Below, in pieces: positions 1 through 12,050 of a stretch of 64,000 nt of DNA. This DNA comes from Blastocladiella emersonii ATCC 22665 (lineage: Eukaryota > Fungi > Blastocladiomycota): contig JANHCV010000006.1 in the NCBI GenBank assembly GCA_025594325.1, positions 806,001 through 870,000 on the forward strand, in the 5' to 3' direction. The notes below the pieces were generated by a model that saw only the letters and a program-made list of their open reading frames with translations, had not been told where the DNA came from and searched no databases. Made by a program: the position numbers and the translations under genes. Numbering within the stretch: position 1 is the stretch's first letter; each line of letters opens with the position of its first letter.

Positions 1-1344
1 TGCCGCAAGGTGTCGCGCCGCGCACGCGTGGATGCGCGAGGATAGCGTGACGGCGCCGGCTGGGTCGGCTGGGTGCGCGACGGGGGATGACGGCGGGGTC
101 AGCGAGGTGGTGACCGACGCGTAGTGCGCGAGGGCGACAAGTGCGTCGAGGACGGCGAGCAGGTCGACCGGGTCCTGCGCCGGGTCGACGGTGGCCGCAG
201 CGGCGGTGGTGCGCGGGCGCGGGGCGATGGCGGTGGCGATGCTGAAGGGCTGGAACGGGACGGGACTCGCGCGCGCACCGACGCCGACGCCGACGCCCGC
301 GACAGGGCTCACGCGGTTCGGGTACGCGTGCTGCGCGGCGGTGAGCGACAGGCGGTGCATGGCGTGGGTCGCCGCGTCCCACCACCCGGGCGCGCCACTG
401 CCGTTCCCGTTCGTCTGCGTCGTCGGCGTCGGCTGCGGGGCAGAAAGCGGCGCGTGCTGCCAGTAGACGGCCAGCCACGGTCCGCGCTGGACGGGCGACC
501 GGTGGATCGCGGCGTGGGCGGGCGGGATGTCCATGTGCAGGACGAGGGCCTGGGCGAGGCCGTGGATGAGGCTGTCGACGTGCACGGCGTCGTCGAGGTC
601 CGTCAGGTAGGCCGAGTCTTGGTGGTGGTGCCGCGGCAGCTTCTGGCGGAACACGAGGAGCGACTCTAGCAGCGCGCCGACCGCAGCGACCGAGCACGGT
701 TCCTGCAGGCCGCGCTCGTCGAGGATGAGCGCCGGGTGGAGGCGCACGGTCGATGGGGTCGAAGGCAGCGCGACGAGCAGCGGGGTGTAGCTCGAGAGCA
801 GGGCGCGGACCGTCATGTTGAACTGGTGCGCGAGGCGCGCGTCGTGTGGTGGGAGGTCGCGGAAGCTCTGCTGCAGCAGCGCGAGGGACTGGAGCTCTAC
901 ACGTTCACGATCAGGGTGCGGATCAGCAACGGTGGTCATCTCACTGACCCTCCAAAACAGAAGCGTACCAGCGGCAGCATCGCGGCGCAAGATCCGGCCC
1001 GTGGACGCATTGGACTGGCCGCGCACCACGGCCGGGCGGTACTCGTGGTAGAGGCGGCGCGTGTGCGGGTTGACGGCGGTGCCGATGGCCCACTGTTGGG
1101 CGAGCGCGACCGAGGCGTCAATGTGCTCGACGAGCTCGGCCGTCGACTGCGGGCCGAGCGGGGGCAGCACGGCCGAAACGGCGGGTTCCGGATCGAGCGC
1201 GAGCGTGCCGCGGACCGGCGGCTGGATGGGGTGATCGGCGGGCGCCGGGGTCCCGACCGCGGCCCGCGATGCGGTCGGCGCGAGCTGCGCGAGGGTCACG
1301 GGCCCGCGGAACGAGGAGGCGGAGACGGAGGAAGTGGAATGCAT
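1..1344 (-). CDS. Hypothetical protein, 3'-partial (runs off window start); one intron at 897-968
   Basis: ATG at 1344 (MHSTSSVSAS...). A GTACGC...GCTGAT...TAG intron of 72 bp joins frames (DAAA-E-LQSLALL), and the frame then stays open to base 1 with GC3-rich codons. No domain recognised. Confidence 0.7.
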   Translation of the reverse strand, partial: MHSTSSVSASSFRGPVTLAQLAPTASRAAVGTPAPADHPIQPPVRGTLALDPEPAVSAVLPPLGPQSTAELVEHIDASVALAQQWAIGTAVNPHTRRLYHEYRPAVVRGQSNASTGRILRRDAAAGTLLFWRVSEMTTVADPHPDRERVELQSLALLQQSFRDLPPHDARLAHQFNMTVRALLSSYTPLLVALPSTPSTVRLHPALILDERGLQEPCSVAAVGALLESLLVFRQKLPRHHHQDSAYLTDLDDAVHVDSLIHGLAQALVLHMDIPPAHAAIHRSPVQRGPWLAVYWQHAPLSAPQPTPTTQTNGNGSGAPGWWDAATHAMHRLSLTAAQHAYPNRVSPVAGVGVGVGARASPVPFQPFSIATAIAPRPRTTAAAATVDPAQDPVDLLAVLDALVALAHYASVTTSLTPPSSPVAHPADPAGAVTLSSRIHACAARHLAA

Positions 1345-2121
1345 CGACTTGATCGAGTGCGCGTGCGCGTGCGCGTGGGTGTGCGCAGATCGGGAAGGAA
1401 TGGGCGCCGGATGGACGGCGGCGCTCGCGGTGGGCCCGCGCAGGCGGAGGGAGGCGGCACTGGACAGCATGGGTGGACTTTTTTGGAATTGCTGAGCCAC
1501 CCGTGCTGCGCGGCGGCGGCGGCGGGGGAGGCGCAGCCATTTTATACGGCCGGTGGCCGACCGACCTCGTCGCCAGCGCGAGCACGCACTCGCCGCGCGC
1601 AAACGCGCAAGGAGCGTGCTCCCGGCGGGCAGGTGTCAAGCCACCCGCACGCTGGGAGCATCGCGCTCGCGGATCATGGAGGGACGAGGCTCGCGGGCCA
1701 GAGATAGCAGACACGCCGCGATGGCGTCGTCTGCGTCTCCCGGCCGCGCCACGGTCGAGTCAGCGAGGGGATGGCAGCGGGACTGCCGCGCCAGCAATCA
1801 CGCACGGCTGCAGGGTGCCGCCCCTTGCAGCCGGCCAAGTCACCATCGTCGCGGCCGCTGACGGGATGCGGGCAGGGGTGCACGGCAGCGTGCGTGCGTG
1901 CGCGGGCGTTTCGCGGCGGCGAGCAGCAGCGCGCAGCGGAACGCGTTGCGCCATGCGAGACGCGTGTGGCGTGATCCGCGAGAGGCGTGGCGGGCGCTCA
2001 CCTGATGCTCCGCTCGACCTTCGGCCCGCGCGCCTTAGTCTCGGTGCACAGATTCGTTCCCACGTGTGGCACGCCGTTGGACCTGCCAAACGCGTCAAAG
2101 TGGCGCTCGGGCTGACCGTGG

Positions 2122-3817
2122 AAACGAGTCTGGAATCTAGTTTCACCCCCACCCCTCCCGCCACGTATTTCGCGCGGATAATCGTTCGCGCCGCGTTACT
2201 CCCCCGCTCGTAATAAAAGTCGCCTCGGTCAATTCAGACGATGGACATGATTTTACACGCTCTACCCGCTCGGGCAGGTCTGGCCCCGTAAACCCGCACC
2301 GATCACGCTGGAGAGGTGGGTCCCGCCTCGGCGGGGGTCCGGGGTCCTCGGCTGATCCGCGCCGACGTCGCACCGACACCTCCATGGCCCGTTTGGCCTC
2401 GGACCGGGCGCGTTCGAAAGCGCTTCTCCCAGGCTACACACGCTGGTACCAATTTAAAATGTGACGGCCCACGGGGTGGCCAGAACGGGCGAGCATCGAC
2501 TCGGCGCGCCTGTGGAGGTCGGGCACCAAGTGGCGACCTCGCTCAAACAAGCTGGATGTGTTGTATTGTGTTGCAGGAGCCTCCTGTACTAGTTTGCAGT
2601 GAGTGCGCTCGGTGGGGAGTTGGGTATGGTCCGCGAAAGGTCGGGTCGGAGCGCGTCACCGCGATCTACTTGCGCGCGACCCGCCGACCGTGCCACTCGG
2701 TCGATTCTCGAGTTCTCGACGGTTTCTGATAGAGCTCAACGGGTTAAACATCCTGGTGGTCCGAAACGCACGAAGGCCGGCGATCCAAGGCTCCTGGGTG
2801 GGGCGACGCAACTGTTGACCTTACGGTTAAGCGAGGCGGGCTTTACGGGTGTTACCTGGTCGAAACACCGCTCAAACGAACTTAATGAACCTTCTTTATG
2901 TCTCAAGGTGATTGGTTTCGGACACGGCCAGAGGGAGTTGAGTGTGCGGCGAGCACGCGTAGCGCCCAAGTCCCCCGCTGCGCCACCCACTCCCCGTGTT
3001 CCTGGACTCCACTCTTCATGAAACCCCACAGAAGTTGTCGAGAGAGCTCCCCAAGTGACGATATCAAGGTTTGTCGACGTAAAGTTTGAGCTGCCAACGA
3101 CTAGCCGTGCACGTGGCCTTCAGGCAGTGCAACTTGCCGCGGGCTCGCGTTTGTGATCGGGCAGCCCCAGAGTGGGTATCCACCGATGGCCCCGAGTCTG
3201 CTCTTTTGAACAAACATGGTCCGGGGGAAAGTTGTTTGGGTGGCACGTCGAGCGGGTCGCCCGAAAGGTGATCGCGGTTTCGCGCTCCGACCGACCTTCG
3301 GCGCTCACTTTCCACCGTCGTAACAACCCCCCACCACCGACCCACTTGGTGCAACGGTGCCTAATCCGCTCAAATTAAGTTTCTCTTTCCAACGAGACCG
3401 GTTACGGAGCAATCGGATCAGGTGTCCAACGTCAGCAAGGCGGGGAAGTCGGGGTTCGGCCCTGTTCACTCAAAGCTGACTCGAATGAGACGTGACGGGT
3501 ACGAGCGAGTTGCCCCGGCCGAGAGCTTTCGAAAACTGTCAATCGCAGTGAAATCGGCCTCGTGGGGAGCCCGGGCGGGGTGGGTCGGCCTCCGAGCGCG
3601 ACGCCCGCCCGCGCTTCCCGCGCCTGATCCTCCGCACCAGTACGGATTTAGGCTTAGCGGACCGCAGATCCGCGTAGCCCATGATGCGTCGCACGAGAAT
3701 GCTGAATGACCTGAGGCCAAAAGATCAGCGGTGGGGTGGAATTGACGAAAGACCGCGCCGGGGGTAATTATCGGCGAGAAAAGCACTGCTGAGTGAAACT
3801 AGACTCCAGACTCGTTT
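2122..3817. mobile_element. Decayed non-autonomous inverted-repeat (TIR-like) element
   Basis: AAACGAGTCTGGAATCTAGTTTCAC (2122-2146) matches the reverse complement of 3793-3817 at 24/25 positions. The interior is lower in GC with no credible ORF. No TSD found. Confidence 0.45.
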
Positions 3818-4094
3818 ACGCGTCGGCCTGCACGCCGTGACCCCACGTGACCCCTCTGACGCCCCTGCCGTAAGCGGAAACGAGCTGGCACCGAGACTAC
3901 GCGCGCCTTGCTCTCGTTCGACGCGGATGAGCCGCACGCTCCGCAGCGACGCAGCAACTCCATGCATCTTGAACCCCGATCCGGATAGAACCACCTGCAT
4001 CCGAACCCGTACCGCGCCAGGTGCGTGTCCACCTGCTTCGCCCACGCGCTCGAACCAATTGCCAACCAACCCGCCCGTCTAGCCAGCCACCACC

Positions 4095-7000
4095 ATGTCC
4101 GCCGACCCGCGCCAGTTTCTGGCCGAGCTCGAGGCCGAGGGCGCCGACCTCGACCCGATGCAGCACTCGGAGACCCAGGGCGTGACGCGCAAGATCGCCG
4201 AGCGCGAGAGCACCTACCACGCACGCCGCCTGCACCGCGCCCTGTCGCCCGACCGCAAGGATGCCTTTGCCGCCGCCGCGTCCGGCGCCGCTGGCTCCGC
4301 CGACGCGTCGTCCTCGTCCGCCTCTTCCTACGCCGACGTGATGCGCCAGCACGAGCTCGACCGCGAGGAGCACCGCGTGCGCGCCGAAATCGCCCGCCGC
4401 GAGCGCGAGGCCGCCGAGGAGGGCGGTGTCTCCGCCAGCGCCGCTGCCGCCCGCAGCACCACCCCGCCCGCTGCGCCGCTCGGCGAGACCCCGCGCCGCC
4501 GCCGCCGCCGCTGGGACGAGACCCCCGTCGCGCACGAGTCTGGGGCCGGGAGCGGCGTCGCCGTGTCCGAGTGGGACCGCGACGAGCCCGCGCCCAAGTC
4601 GGGCAGCGGCAGCCGGTCGCGGTGGGACGAGACCCCGCGCGACGAGGCCGGCGCCGTGCCCGGCGCAACACCGCGCGCCAAGCGGTCGCGCTGGGACGAG
4701 ACGCCCGTGGCCACCGCTTCCGCGGGACCATCGCGGTCGCGGTGGGACGAGACGCCGCGCGACCTGTCCGAGACCCCGCGCGCGAAGCGGTCACGGTGGG
4801 ACGAGACCCCCGTCAACACGGGGTTGGGCGCTTCGATAGGCGCGAACGGCGTGCTCATGACGCCCGTGGCGCTCGCGCCCGACGCGGCGACCGAAATGGA
4901 CCAGCGCAACGCGTGGATGACGGACGAGGAGCTCGACGTGCTGCTGCCGTCCGAGGGTTACAAGATCCTCGACCCGCCCGCCAGCTACAAGCCGATCCGC
5001 AACCCGGCGCGCAAGCTCACGGCGACGCCCGCGCACCAGGGCTTCTTCATGTCCGAGGGCTCGGCGGCGCCGCGCATGGCCGACATCCCCGGCAACTCGC
5101 TCGCCCTGCAGGACCTGCCGAGCCTCAAGCAGGAGGACCTGCAGTTCTTCGGCAAGCTGCTCGACGACAAGCCCGAGACTGACCTGTCGCTCGACGAGCT
5201 CAAGGAGCGCAAGGTGATGCGCCTGCTCATCAAGATCAAGAACGGCACCCCGCCCGTGCGCAAGGTGGCCATGCGCCAGATCACGGACAAGGCGCGCGAT
5301 TTCGGGCCCGGCCCGCTGTTCAACCAGATCCTCCCGCTCCTCATGAGCCCGTCGCTCGAGGACCAGGAGCGCCACCTGCTCGTCAAGGTGATCGACCGCG
5401 TCCTGTACAAGCTCGACGACCTGGTGCGGCCCTACGTGCACAAGATCCTGGTCGTGATTGAGCCGCTGCTCATCGACGAGGACTACTACGCGCGCATCGA
5501 GGGCCGCGAGATCATCTCCAACCTCGCCAAGGCCGCGGGGCTCGCCACCATGATCGCCACCATGCGCCCCGATATCGACCACGTCGACGAGTACGTGCGC
5601 AACACCACGGCGCGCGCGTTCGCCGTGGTCGGCAGCGCGCTCGGGATCCCGGCGCTGCTCCCCTTCCTCAAGGCCGTGTGCCGGTCCAAGAAGTCGTGGC
5701 AGGCGCGCCACACGGGCATCAAGATCATCCAGCAGATCGCGCTGCTCATGGGGTGCGCGGTGCTCCCGCACCTCAAGAACCTCGTGTCGGCACTCGCCGA
5801 CGGCCTGCAGGACGAGCAGCAGAAGGTGCGCACCATCACGGCGCTCGCCATTGCCGCGCTCGCCGAGGCCGCGCACCCGTACGGGATCGATAGCTTCGAG
5901 GATATCGTCGTGCCGCTGTGGACCGACCTGCGCAAGCACCGCGGCAAGGCCCTCGCGGCGTTCCTCAAGGCGATCGGGTCGCTCATCCCGCTCATGGAGA
6001 CGGCGCACGCCGACTACTACACGACCGAGGCCATGCCCATCATCATCCGCGAGTTTGCGTCGCCCGACGACGAGATGCGCAAGATCGTGCTCAAGGTCGT
6101 CAAGCAGACGGTCGGCACCGACGGCATCACGCCCGATTTCGTCCGCGAGAAGGTGCTCGACGAGTTCTTCCGCAACTTCTGGGTCCGCCGCATGGCCCTC
6201 GACAAGCGCAACGCCAAGCCGCTCGTCGAGACGACCGTCGAGATCGCCAAGAAGTCCGGCGTCGGCGTCGTCCTCGAGCGGCTCGTGCCCGACCTCAAGG
6301 ACGAGTCCGAGGCGTACCGCAAGATGGTCATGGACGCCATCGAGCAGGTCGTGTCGGCGCTCGGCGTCGCGGACGTGGACCTGCCGCTCGAGCAGAGGCT
6401 CATTGACGGCATGCTGTTCGCGTTCCAGGAGCAGTCGACCGAGGACGTGGTCATGCTCAACGGGTTCGGCACCATCGTCAACGCCCTCGGCAACCGCGTG
6501 CGCCCGTACCTGCAGCAGATCTGCACCACTATCCTGTGGCGGCTCAACAACAAGTCGGCCAAGGTGCGGCAGCAGGCGGCCGACCTCGTGTCCCGCGTTG
6601 CTATCGTCCTGCGCACGTGCGGCGAGGAGAAGCTGCTGTCGCACCTCGGCGTCGTCCTGTACGAGTACCTCGGCGAGGAGTACCCCGAGGTGCTCGGCAG
6701 CATCCTCGGCGCGCTCAAGGCCATCGTTAACGTGATCGGCATGACCGAGATGAACCCGCCCATCAAGGACCTGCTGCCGCGGCTCACGCCGATCCTGCGC
6801 AACCGGCACGAGAAGGTGCAGGAGAACGTGATCGACCTCGTCGGGCGCATCGCGGACCGCGGCGCCAGCTACGTATCGGCGCGCGAGTGGATGCGCATCT
6901 GCTTCGAGCTGCTCGACCTGCTCAAGGCCCACAAGAAGGCGATCCGGCGCGCCGCCGTCAACACGTTCGGGTACATTGCCAAGGCCATCGGCCCGCAGGA

Positions 7001-7637
7001 CGTGCTCGCGACGCTGCTCAACAACCTCAAGGTGCAGGAGCGGCAGAACCGCGTGTGCACGACGGTCGCCATCGCGATCGTCGCCGAGACGTGCGCGCCC
7101 TTCACGGTCCTCCCGGCGCTCATGTGCGAGTACCGCGTGCCCGAGCTCAACGTGCAGAACGGCGTGCTCAAGTCGCTGTCGTTCCTGTTCGAGTACATTG
7201 GCGAGATGGGCAAGGACTACGTGTACGCGGTGACGCCGCTGCTCGAGGACGCGCTCATCGACCGCGACCTCGTGCACCGGCAGACGGCGTGCACCACGGT
7301 CAAGCACCTCGCCCTCGGCGTCGCCGGGCTAGGGTGTGAGGACGCCATGGTCCACCTGCTCAACCACGTCTGGCCCAACATCTTCGAGACGTCGCCGCAC
7401 GTCATCAACGCCGTGACCGACGCGGTCGAGGCGCTCCGCGTCGCGCTCGGTCCCGGCGTCCTCCTCAACTACGTCCTCCAGGGCCTGTTCCACCCGGCGC
7501 GCCGCGTCCGCGAGGTGTACTGGAAGGTCTACAACACCATGTACATTGGCGCACAGGACACGCTCGTCCCGTACCTCCCGCGGCTCGAGTCCGACGACCG
7601 GTTCCGCTGGGCGCGCGACGAGCTCGCGTACTTCTGA
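4095..7637 (+). CDS. SF3B1: Splicing factor 3B subunit 1 (U2 snRNP, Hsh155/SAP155), intronless, 1180 aa
   Basis: N-terminal RWDETP repeats, p14-binding-type segment ([17 protein letters not shown]), HEAT region [21 protein letters not shown]...[13 protein letters not shown]...[25 protein letters not shown], and C-terminal [14 protein letters not shown]. Confidence 0.99.
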   Translation: MSADPRQFLAELEAEGADLDPMQHSETQGVTRKIAERESTYHARRLHRALSPDRKDAFAAAASGAAGSADASSSSASSYADVMRQHELDREEHRVRAEIARREREAAEEGGVSASAAAARSTTPPAAPLGETPRRRRRRWDETPVAHESGAGSGVAVSEWDRDEPAPKSGSGSRSRWDETPRDEAGAVPGATPRAKRSRWDETPVATASAGPSRSRWDETPRDLSETPRAKRSRWDETPVNTGLGASIGANGVLMTPVALAPDAATEMDQRNAWMTDEELDVLLPSEGYKILDPPASYKPIRNPARKLTATPAHQGFFMSEGSAAPRMADIPGNSLALQDLPSLKQEDLQFFGKLLDDKPETDLSLDELKERKVMRLLIKIKNGTPPVRKVAMRQITDKARDFGPGPLFNQILPLLMSPSLEDQERHLLVKVIDRVLYKLDDLVRPYVHKILVVIEPLLIDEDYYARIEGREIISNLAKAAGLATMIATMRPDIDHVDEYVRNTTARAFAVVGSALGIPALLPFLKAVCRSKKSWQARHTGIKIIQQIALLMGCAVLPHLKNLVSALADGLQDEQQKVRTITALAIAALAEAAHPYGIDSFEDIVVPLWTDLRKHRGKALAAFLKAIGSLIPLMETAHADYYTTEAMPIIIREFASPDDEMRKIVLKVVKQTVGTDGITPDFVREKVLDEFFRNFWVRRMALDKRNAKPLVETTVEIAKKSGVGVVLERLVPDLKDESEAYRKMVMDAIEQVVSALGVADVDLPLEQRLIDGMLFAFQEQSTEDVVMLNGFGTIVNALGNRVRPYLQQICTTILWRLNNKSAKVRQQAADLVSRVAIVLRTCGEEKLLSHLGVVLYEYLGEEYPEVLGSILGALKAIVNVIGMTEMNPPIKDLLPRLTPILRNRHEKVQENVIDLVGRIADRGASYVSAREWMRICFELLDLLKAHKKAIRRAAVNTFGYIAKAIGPQDVLATLLNNLKVQERQNRVCTTVAIAIVAETCAPFTVLPALMCEYRVPELNVQNGVLKSLSFLFEYIGEMGKDYVYAVTPLLEDALIDRDLVHRQTACTTVKHLALGVAGLGCEDAMVHLLNHVWPNIFETSPHVINAVTDAVEALRVALGPGVLLNYVLQGLFHPARRVREVYWKVYNTMYIGAQDTLVPYLPRLESDDRFRWARDELAYF
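4508..4811 (+). repeat. Five RWDETP (U2AF-ligand motif) peptide repeats in the SF3B1 N-terminus
   Basis: Repeated (c)g(c/g)tgggacgagac(c/g)cc units encoding RWDETP five times, plus one variant (EWDRDE). Confidence 0.9.
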
Positions 7638-7895
7638 GTGGGTCCGCGGGTGCAGCTGAATATATTTCTTACCGTGATCCCTTGTTGAGCAGTGGAGCAA
7701 GGTTCGTGCAAGCGTGATGCGCGCCGTGATTCCTTGTGGCGGGTGGTGGCGACAGGCGGGCGGAGCGCAGGCACTCGGCCCTGAAGGTGAAACCGCCGCT
7801 GGATCCGGGGTCTCCTCGTGAGGTAGATCCCCTGCTCCGACTCGCCCTCTCTCCTCGCTCTCCCACGCCGCCGCATACAAGTAAACTAGACGACC

Positions 7896-8685
7896 ATGTA
7901 TCACTCCAACCGCTCGCGTCCACCAGCGACCGCCCGGCTCGCCGCCGCGGTGATCCTCGCCGTCGCTGCCATCCTCGCCCTCGCCGCGGCCCCCGCCGCC
8001 GCGCAGGGGACCAAGTGCAGCGCCGACAACGACTGCGACCGCACCACGTTCGGGTGTACGTGCCCTTCACGCTCCCGCTCTCTCTGATCCGGCACATGAT
8101 CGCTCACTACTAAGCCCCCGCGTAGCCGAGTTCCGCTGCGGCCCGAACAACATCTGCGTCCCCGAGCGGTGCAACCCCGGGTTCGCCGCGCTGTCGTGCC
8201 AGTCGTACGACCCGACCATGTACTGCGCGGCATTCAAGTGCGTGCCGCGGATCCTCGAGAACGTGGCGTGCGACCGCATGTCCTTCGACAAGCAGTGCAT
8301 CGACGGGCTCGTGTGCAACGGCGGACAGTGCAAGAACTCGACGGCGATCACGGGTGGCGGTAGTGGCGGCAGCGGGCTGCCGGCGTTCTCGCCGCCGACC
8401 GTCCCGTCGACGGGCGCGACCAGCCCAAACAGGTCGACGACGGGCGGCAGCGGTAGCGCGGCCCCGCCAACGTCGTCGTCGTCATCGTCGAACAGCAGCA
8501 AGTCCGAGGGCGGGCTGCCGACATCGTTCTTCACGATCCTCGGCAGTGCGCTCGCGTGCCTCGTCGCCTTCTGCACCACGCTCTGGAAGCTGTACTGGCG
8601 CCGCCGCCGCGCCAAGGCTGCCGAGGCAGCAGCGGCCGCGGCGAACGGAGGTAAGCCGGCGCAGCAGCAGCAGCGCTTCGCGTGA
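7896..8685 (+). CDS. Array gene 1: 12-Cys single-pass surface protein with short basic tail; intron 8056-8125
   Basis: Signal peptide (AAVILAVAAILALAAAPAAAQ). CSADNDCDRTTFG|SEFRCGPNNICVPERC...C is joined by a phase-1 GTACGT..TAG intron, followed by an S/T/G stalk, a TM (FFTILGSALACLVAFCTTLW) and RRRR. Confidence 0.85.
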
Positions 8686-8904
8686 GTGTGGGGCGGGTTC
8701 GTGTCGTGCACGACGGGAGAGAGGAGGAGCAATAGACGAAGGTAGAGCGTGATGTGTCACCCATCATCCACCAGGTTAGCGCAACTGAGGGCCGGGTTTG
8801 GGCAGAGTACGTGGCGTAGGGTCCCTCCCTTCTGGAATCTCTAAAGAGCCGCCACACCCCCTGCTGTGCTCGCTCCCGCTCCCCACACGGTTGAGAGGTA
8901 GATC

Positions 8905-9911
8905 ATGCATCTTCGTCACGTACTCGCCGCGGCCGTCGTCGCGGTCCTCGCGCTGGCCCAGCCGAGCAACGGCCAGCTCCTCCACTGCAAAACCAACAAG
9001 GACTGCGAGTCGAGTACGTCGCCGTCGTTACCTTCGCGCGCTGATCCTCGACTGATCCTGACGCGAGCTCTCACCCAGCCTCGCTCGGCGCCGAGTTCGA
9101 GTGCGGCCCGACCAACACCTGCGTGCCCAAGGTGTGCTCCAAGACCAAGGACGGCATCCTGGGCTGCAAGTCGCCCGACGGCCGCCTCAAGTGCCGGTCC
9201 AGCAAGTGCGTGCGGCTCAACATCACGGGCGAGTGGTGCAACCCGTCGGCGCTCGACAGCGAGTGCGTCGACGGGCTCTCGTGCGATTACACGTACAAGA
9301 TCTGCTGGGCCGGCAACGCGCAGTCGCTCGCCGAGCACATTGCGTCCTCGCCTAAGTCGGTCGTCAGCGGTGGCGGTGGCGGCGGCGGCGGGATGTCGTT
9401 TGGCGAGTGGGCGGTCATCGGGATCTCGACTCTGGTCGGAGTCGCGGGGTTCGCGGCCGTCCTGCGGTTCGGCATGGTCGCGCCGTGGGCGGCGACGAAG
9501 CCCGAGATGATCCAGTCTATCACCATCTCACAGGGCAGCGGCGGCGGTGCGCACGGCGCGGTTGTCATGAACCCGCAGCAGCAGCAGCCCCAGCAGCAAC
9601 CGCAACAGCAGTACGCCAACGACCAGCAGTACCAGCAGTACCTCCAGTTCGTGCAGCAGCAACAACAACAACAGCAGCAGCAGCATCTCTACTCGCAGCA
9701 GCCGACCGGCGCATCGACGCTGCCGTACCCTCCGAGCACCTACCAGTCCGCGTCGACGCCGTACACGCCAGCGCCAGGCTCCATGAACATGCCTACCCCT
9801 TCGCCGGCGCCGCTAGTGCACGCTCCCGGCTCGATGGCCATGCCGACGCCCACGGCGGCAACGGTCTCGGCCGGGTCGCGCGTTGAGGCGCTGATGCGCG
9901 GCAACAAGTGA
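8905..9911 (+). CDS. Array gene 2: 12-Cys single-pass surface protein with Q/P-rich tail; intron 9014-9078
   Basis: Signal peptide MHLRHVLAAAVVAVLALAQ, then CKTNKDCES|TSLGAEFECGPTNTCVPKVC..., TM WAVIGISTLVGVAGFAAVL, and a polyQ/Pro tail with SM(N/A)MPTP motifs. Confidence 0.85.
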
Positions 9912-10154
9912 TGAGAGGTGTCTTCTCGTATAATGCATAGAGTTTCTTTGCATCGAAGGCGTCCGGAGAGGGTTGGCCAGGTTGAGGGCAAACGGGAGAG
10001 AGGGGAGCATAAGCTCAGCGGCCTGCCTGGGGGCGGCGCCACGGCCAACGCCCTCGGCGCCGCCGCTTCTCCGCCACAACGCCGCCACAACACCGGCCAT
10101 GGCCACGGCCTCGCTCGAGGCGATGAACGGCGCGCTACTCTTCCAACGCCACCG

Positions 10155-10898
10155 ATGAAGCATATGAAGATGATATTACTAGATGCACTCCTCTTCCTGA
10201 CCGCGCTCGCGTCGTCGATCCACGCCGTGTGCGCGCAGGTGACCGCGCCAGGTTTGACGCCGACCGCAACCCGCCCTGCAACCGTCTCCGCTACCCGGAC
10301 CGTGATTCCCACGTCCTGGTCGACGTCTGAACCGAGCCTCCGATCAAGCGGCCCGATCGACTTGGGCTTCCCGGCCTTCGCGCTCGCGTTCGTGATCATC
10401 TTGATGGGCGGCTGCGCTCAGCTCTTTGCGCGGAGCAGCAGATCGCCATCGAGAGCGAATGCCGCCGGCCTGACCCCGGCGCCGGAGCCGGCCGGTGCGG
10501 AACCTGCTGCTCCGCTTCCTGCCTACACGCCCTCGCCCGGCCCCGAGACGGTGACGGCGAACGGCGAGCGCGTCGCGTACATACCCGTCATCATTGATCG
10601 CAACGGCAACGTCGTCCAACCCGCACCGCCGAACTACACGTCGCTCGCGCGACCAAGCGTCGCGCCTGGTGGCATCCCGTACCCGCCTGCGGCATCGCAC
10701 TCGGCTCAACTCGCCTCCGCTGAACCGCCGAGTCTTCGCGACCCTATCTTGTCCGCGACCGCGATCCCGTACCCGCCCGCTGCGGCTCGCCCTGATCCGC
10801 CTCTTCCTTCGGGCTTGCCGCCGTTCCCAACTGAAGGGCCGCTCGCGCTACCCGAAGGGCCACTCGCGATGCCCGAGCCGCGGCCGGTTGTGCGGTGA
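10155..10898 (+). CDS. Array gene 3: ectodomain-less member (signal peptide, S/T stalk, TM, PY tail), intronless
   Basis: MKHMKMILLDALLFLTALASSIHAVCAQ is joined directly to a T-rich stalk and TM LGFPAFALAFVIILMGGCA. The tail has LPAY, VAYIPVIIDRNGN, PPNY and LAMPEPRP, motifs shared with paralogs. Confidence 0.8.
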   Translation: MKHMKMILLDALLFLTALASSIHAVCAQVTAPGLTPTATRPATVSATRTVIPTSWSTSEPSLRSSGPIDLGFPAFALAFVIILMGGCAQLFARSSRSPSRANAAGLTPAPEPAGAEPAAPLPAYTPSPGPETVTANGERVAYIPVIIDRNGNVVQPAPPNYTSLARPSVAPGGIPYPPAASHSAQLASAEPPSLRDPILSATAIPYPPAAARPDPPLPSGLPPFPTEGPLALPEGPLAMPEPRPVVR

Positions 10899-11101
10899 TG
10901 GTGACGGTCACAGCGCACGCCCTCCTCGGTTCCTGGTCGCTCGTCCGGAAGTCGGCAGTCACCAGATTCCTCGTCGCCACACTGCTTCACCCCGCTAGCG
11001 CGCAAGTCTCATCGGATTAGCCACCCCTCGCGCCTGTTGCCTGAAATCCTCGCCAGTGTCTGGAAATCGCTACCCCTCCCTCGTCCTTGGCTATATCCTG
11101 A

Positions 11102-11925
11102 ACGTATAAAACCAACTTCACAATCGTTACTCTCGCTGTCCTGCTGCTCGCGCACGTCGCCTCAGCGCAGTCTCTTGTCCGCTGCGACACGAATGACCAG
11201 TGTCCGAGTACGTCTTGACGCTGTCAATTCCAAGTTTCGCGTGCTGAACATCCGCCCAACTCTCAACAGTGCTCAACGGCGAGCCGCACGAGTGCGGCCC
11301 GACCAACGTGTGCGTCCCGACCTCGTGCCGCCCCGATCGGGCGGGCCTCGCTGGCTGCGCGACGGACGACGGACGCCTCGCGTGCATCAACAGCCGATGT
11401 GTCCTGCGCAAGGGCGTCGGTGAGTCGTGCTCAGCTACGCAGGACTGCGCGAATTCCCTCATCTGCCGGAGCGGCGGGTGTACTAGGCCGACCGCGACTA
11501 CCACAACTCTCGCGGCGACCCGTCCGGCTCAGCCGACGGGCGTGGTCACATCGCACGCTTCCGTCCCGGCTATGAACGACGCGGGCGGTGCGAGCGACGG
11601 CACCCGTGGAGCGATATTTGCTGCCGGAGTGATCCTTGTCGTCGTGATGGGATCAATCCAGCTCTACGGCTTCGGGTCGAAGCGCGTCAAGGGACCTTCA
11701 ACCCCGCTAAGGGACCGTCAACCCCGCAAGAAACCGAGCTCTTGGGCGATTCGACCCCGCCGCCTCCGTACACGCCGACCGCTCCCTGTGTCGTCACCGT
11801 GGTTGCTGTGGAGCCCACTTCCCGCGCTTCGATCAATTTGTGCGAAGGCGGGCCTGCATCAGTGTGAATGCCCGGGCGGCGGCCCTCTCGCTCAAGGAGC
11901 TTTACGTTCGCCACAGCCGCTGTGA
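11102..11925 (+). pseudogene. Array gene 4: disrupted 12-Cys receptor copy; intron 11208-11269
   Basis: ACG-TAT replaces the ATG-TAT start of paralogs 5/6, with an in-frame TGA just upstream. A 20-bp tandem duplication (11689-11708/11709-11728) shifts the PPPPYTP tail out of frame, and there is a TGA at 11865 in the ancestral tail frame. Confidence 0.75.
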
Positions 11926-12026
11926 TGCGCGAGCGCCTGTATCTCGCTCATGATTTGGTTGCGAAGTGTGTGTGCCCGAAGCTAGCAGATCAGCATCGCG
12001 ACAGGCTGCGAAGCGAGAGCCGCGGG

Positions 12027-12050
12027 ACGCGTCGATCAATCATGTGACCG
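12027..12050 (+). promoter_or_regulatory. Bipartite motif ACGCGT-N6-ATCATGTGACCG about 400 bp upstream of array gene 5
   Basis: Near-identical ~36-bp block to 18913-18948. It contains an MCB-like ACGCGT and an E-box-like CATGTG. Function is inferred. Confidence 0.5.

Noticed and set aside
2150-3790. Structured ncRNA (telomerase, RNase P/MRP, SRP) in the long intergenic region
   Set aside because: No template or conserved box motifs could be identified by eye; an Infernal/Rfam search would be needed.
5590-6970. Unusual residues at SF3B1 disease or inhibitor hotspot motifs
   Set aside because: The corresponding motifs ([28 protein letters not shown]) appear to be the standard conserved sequence.
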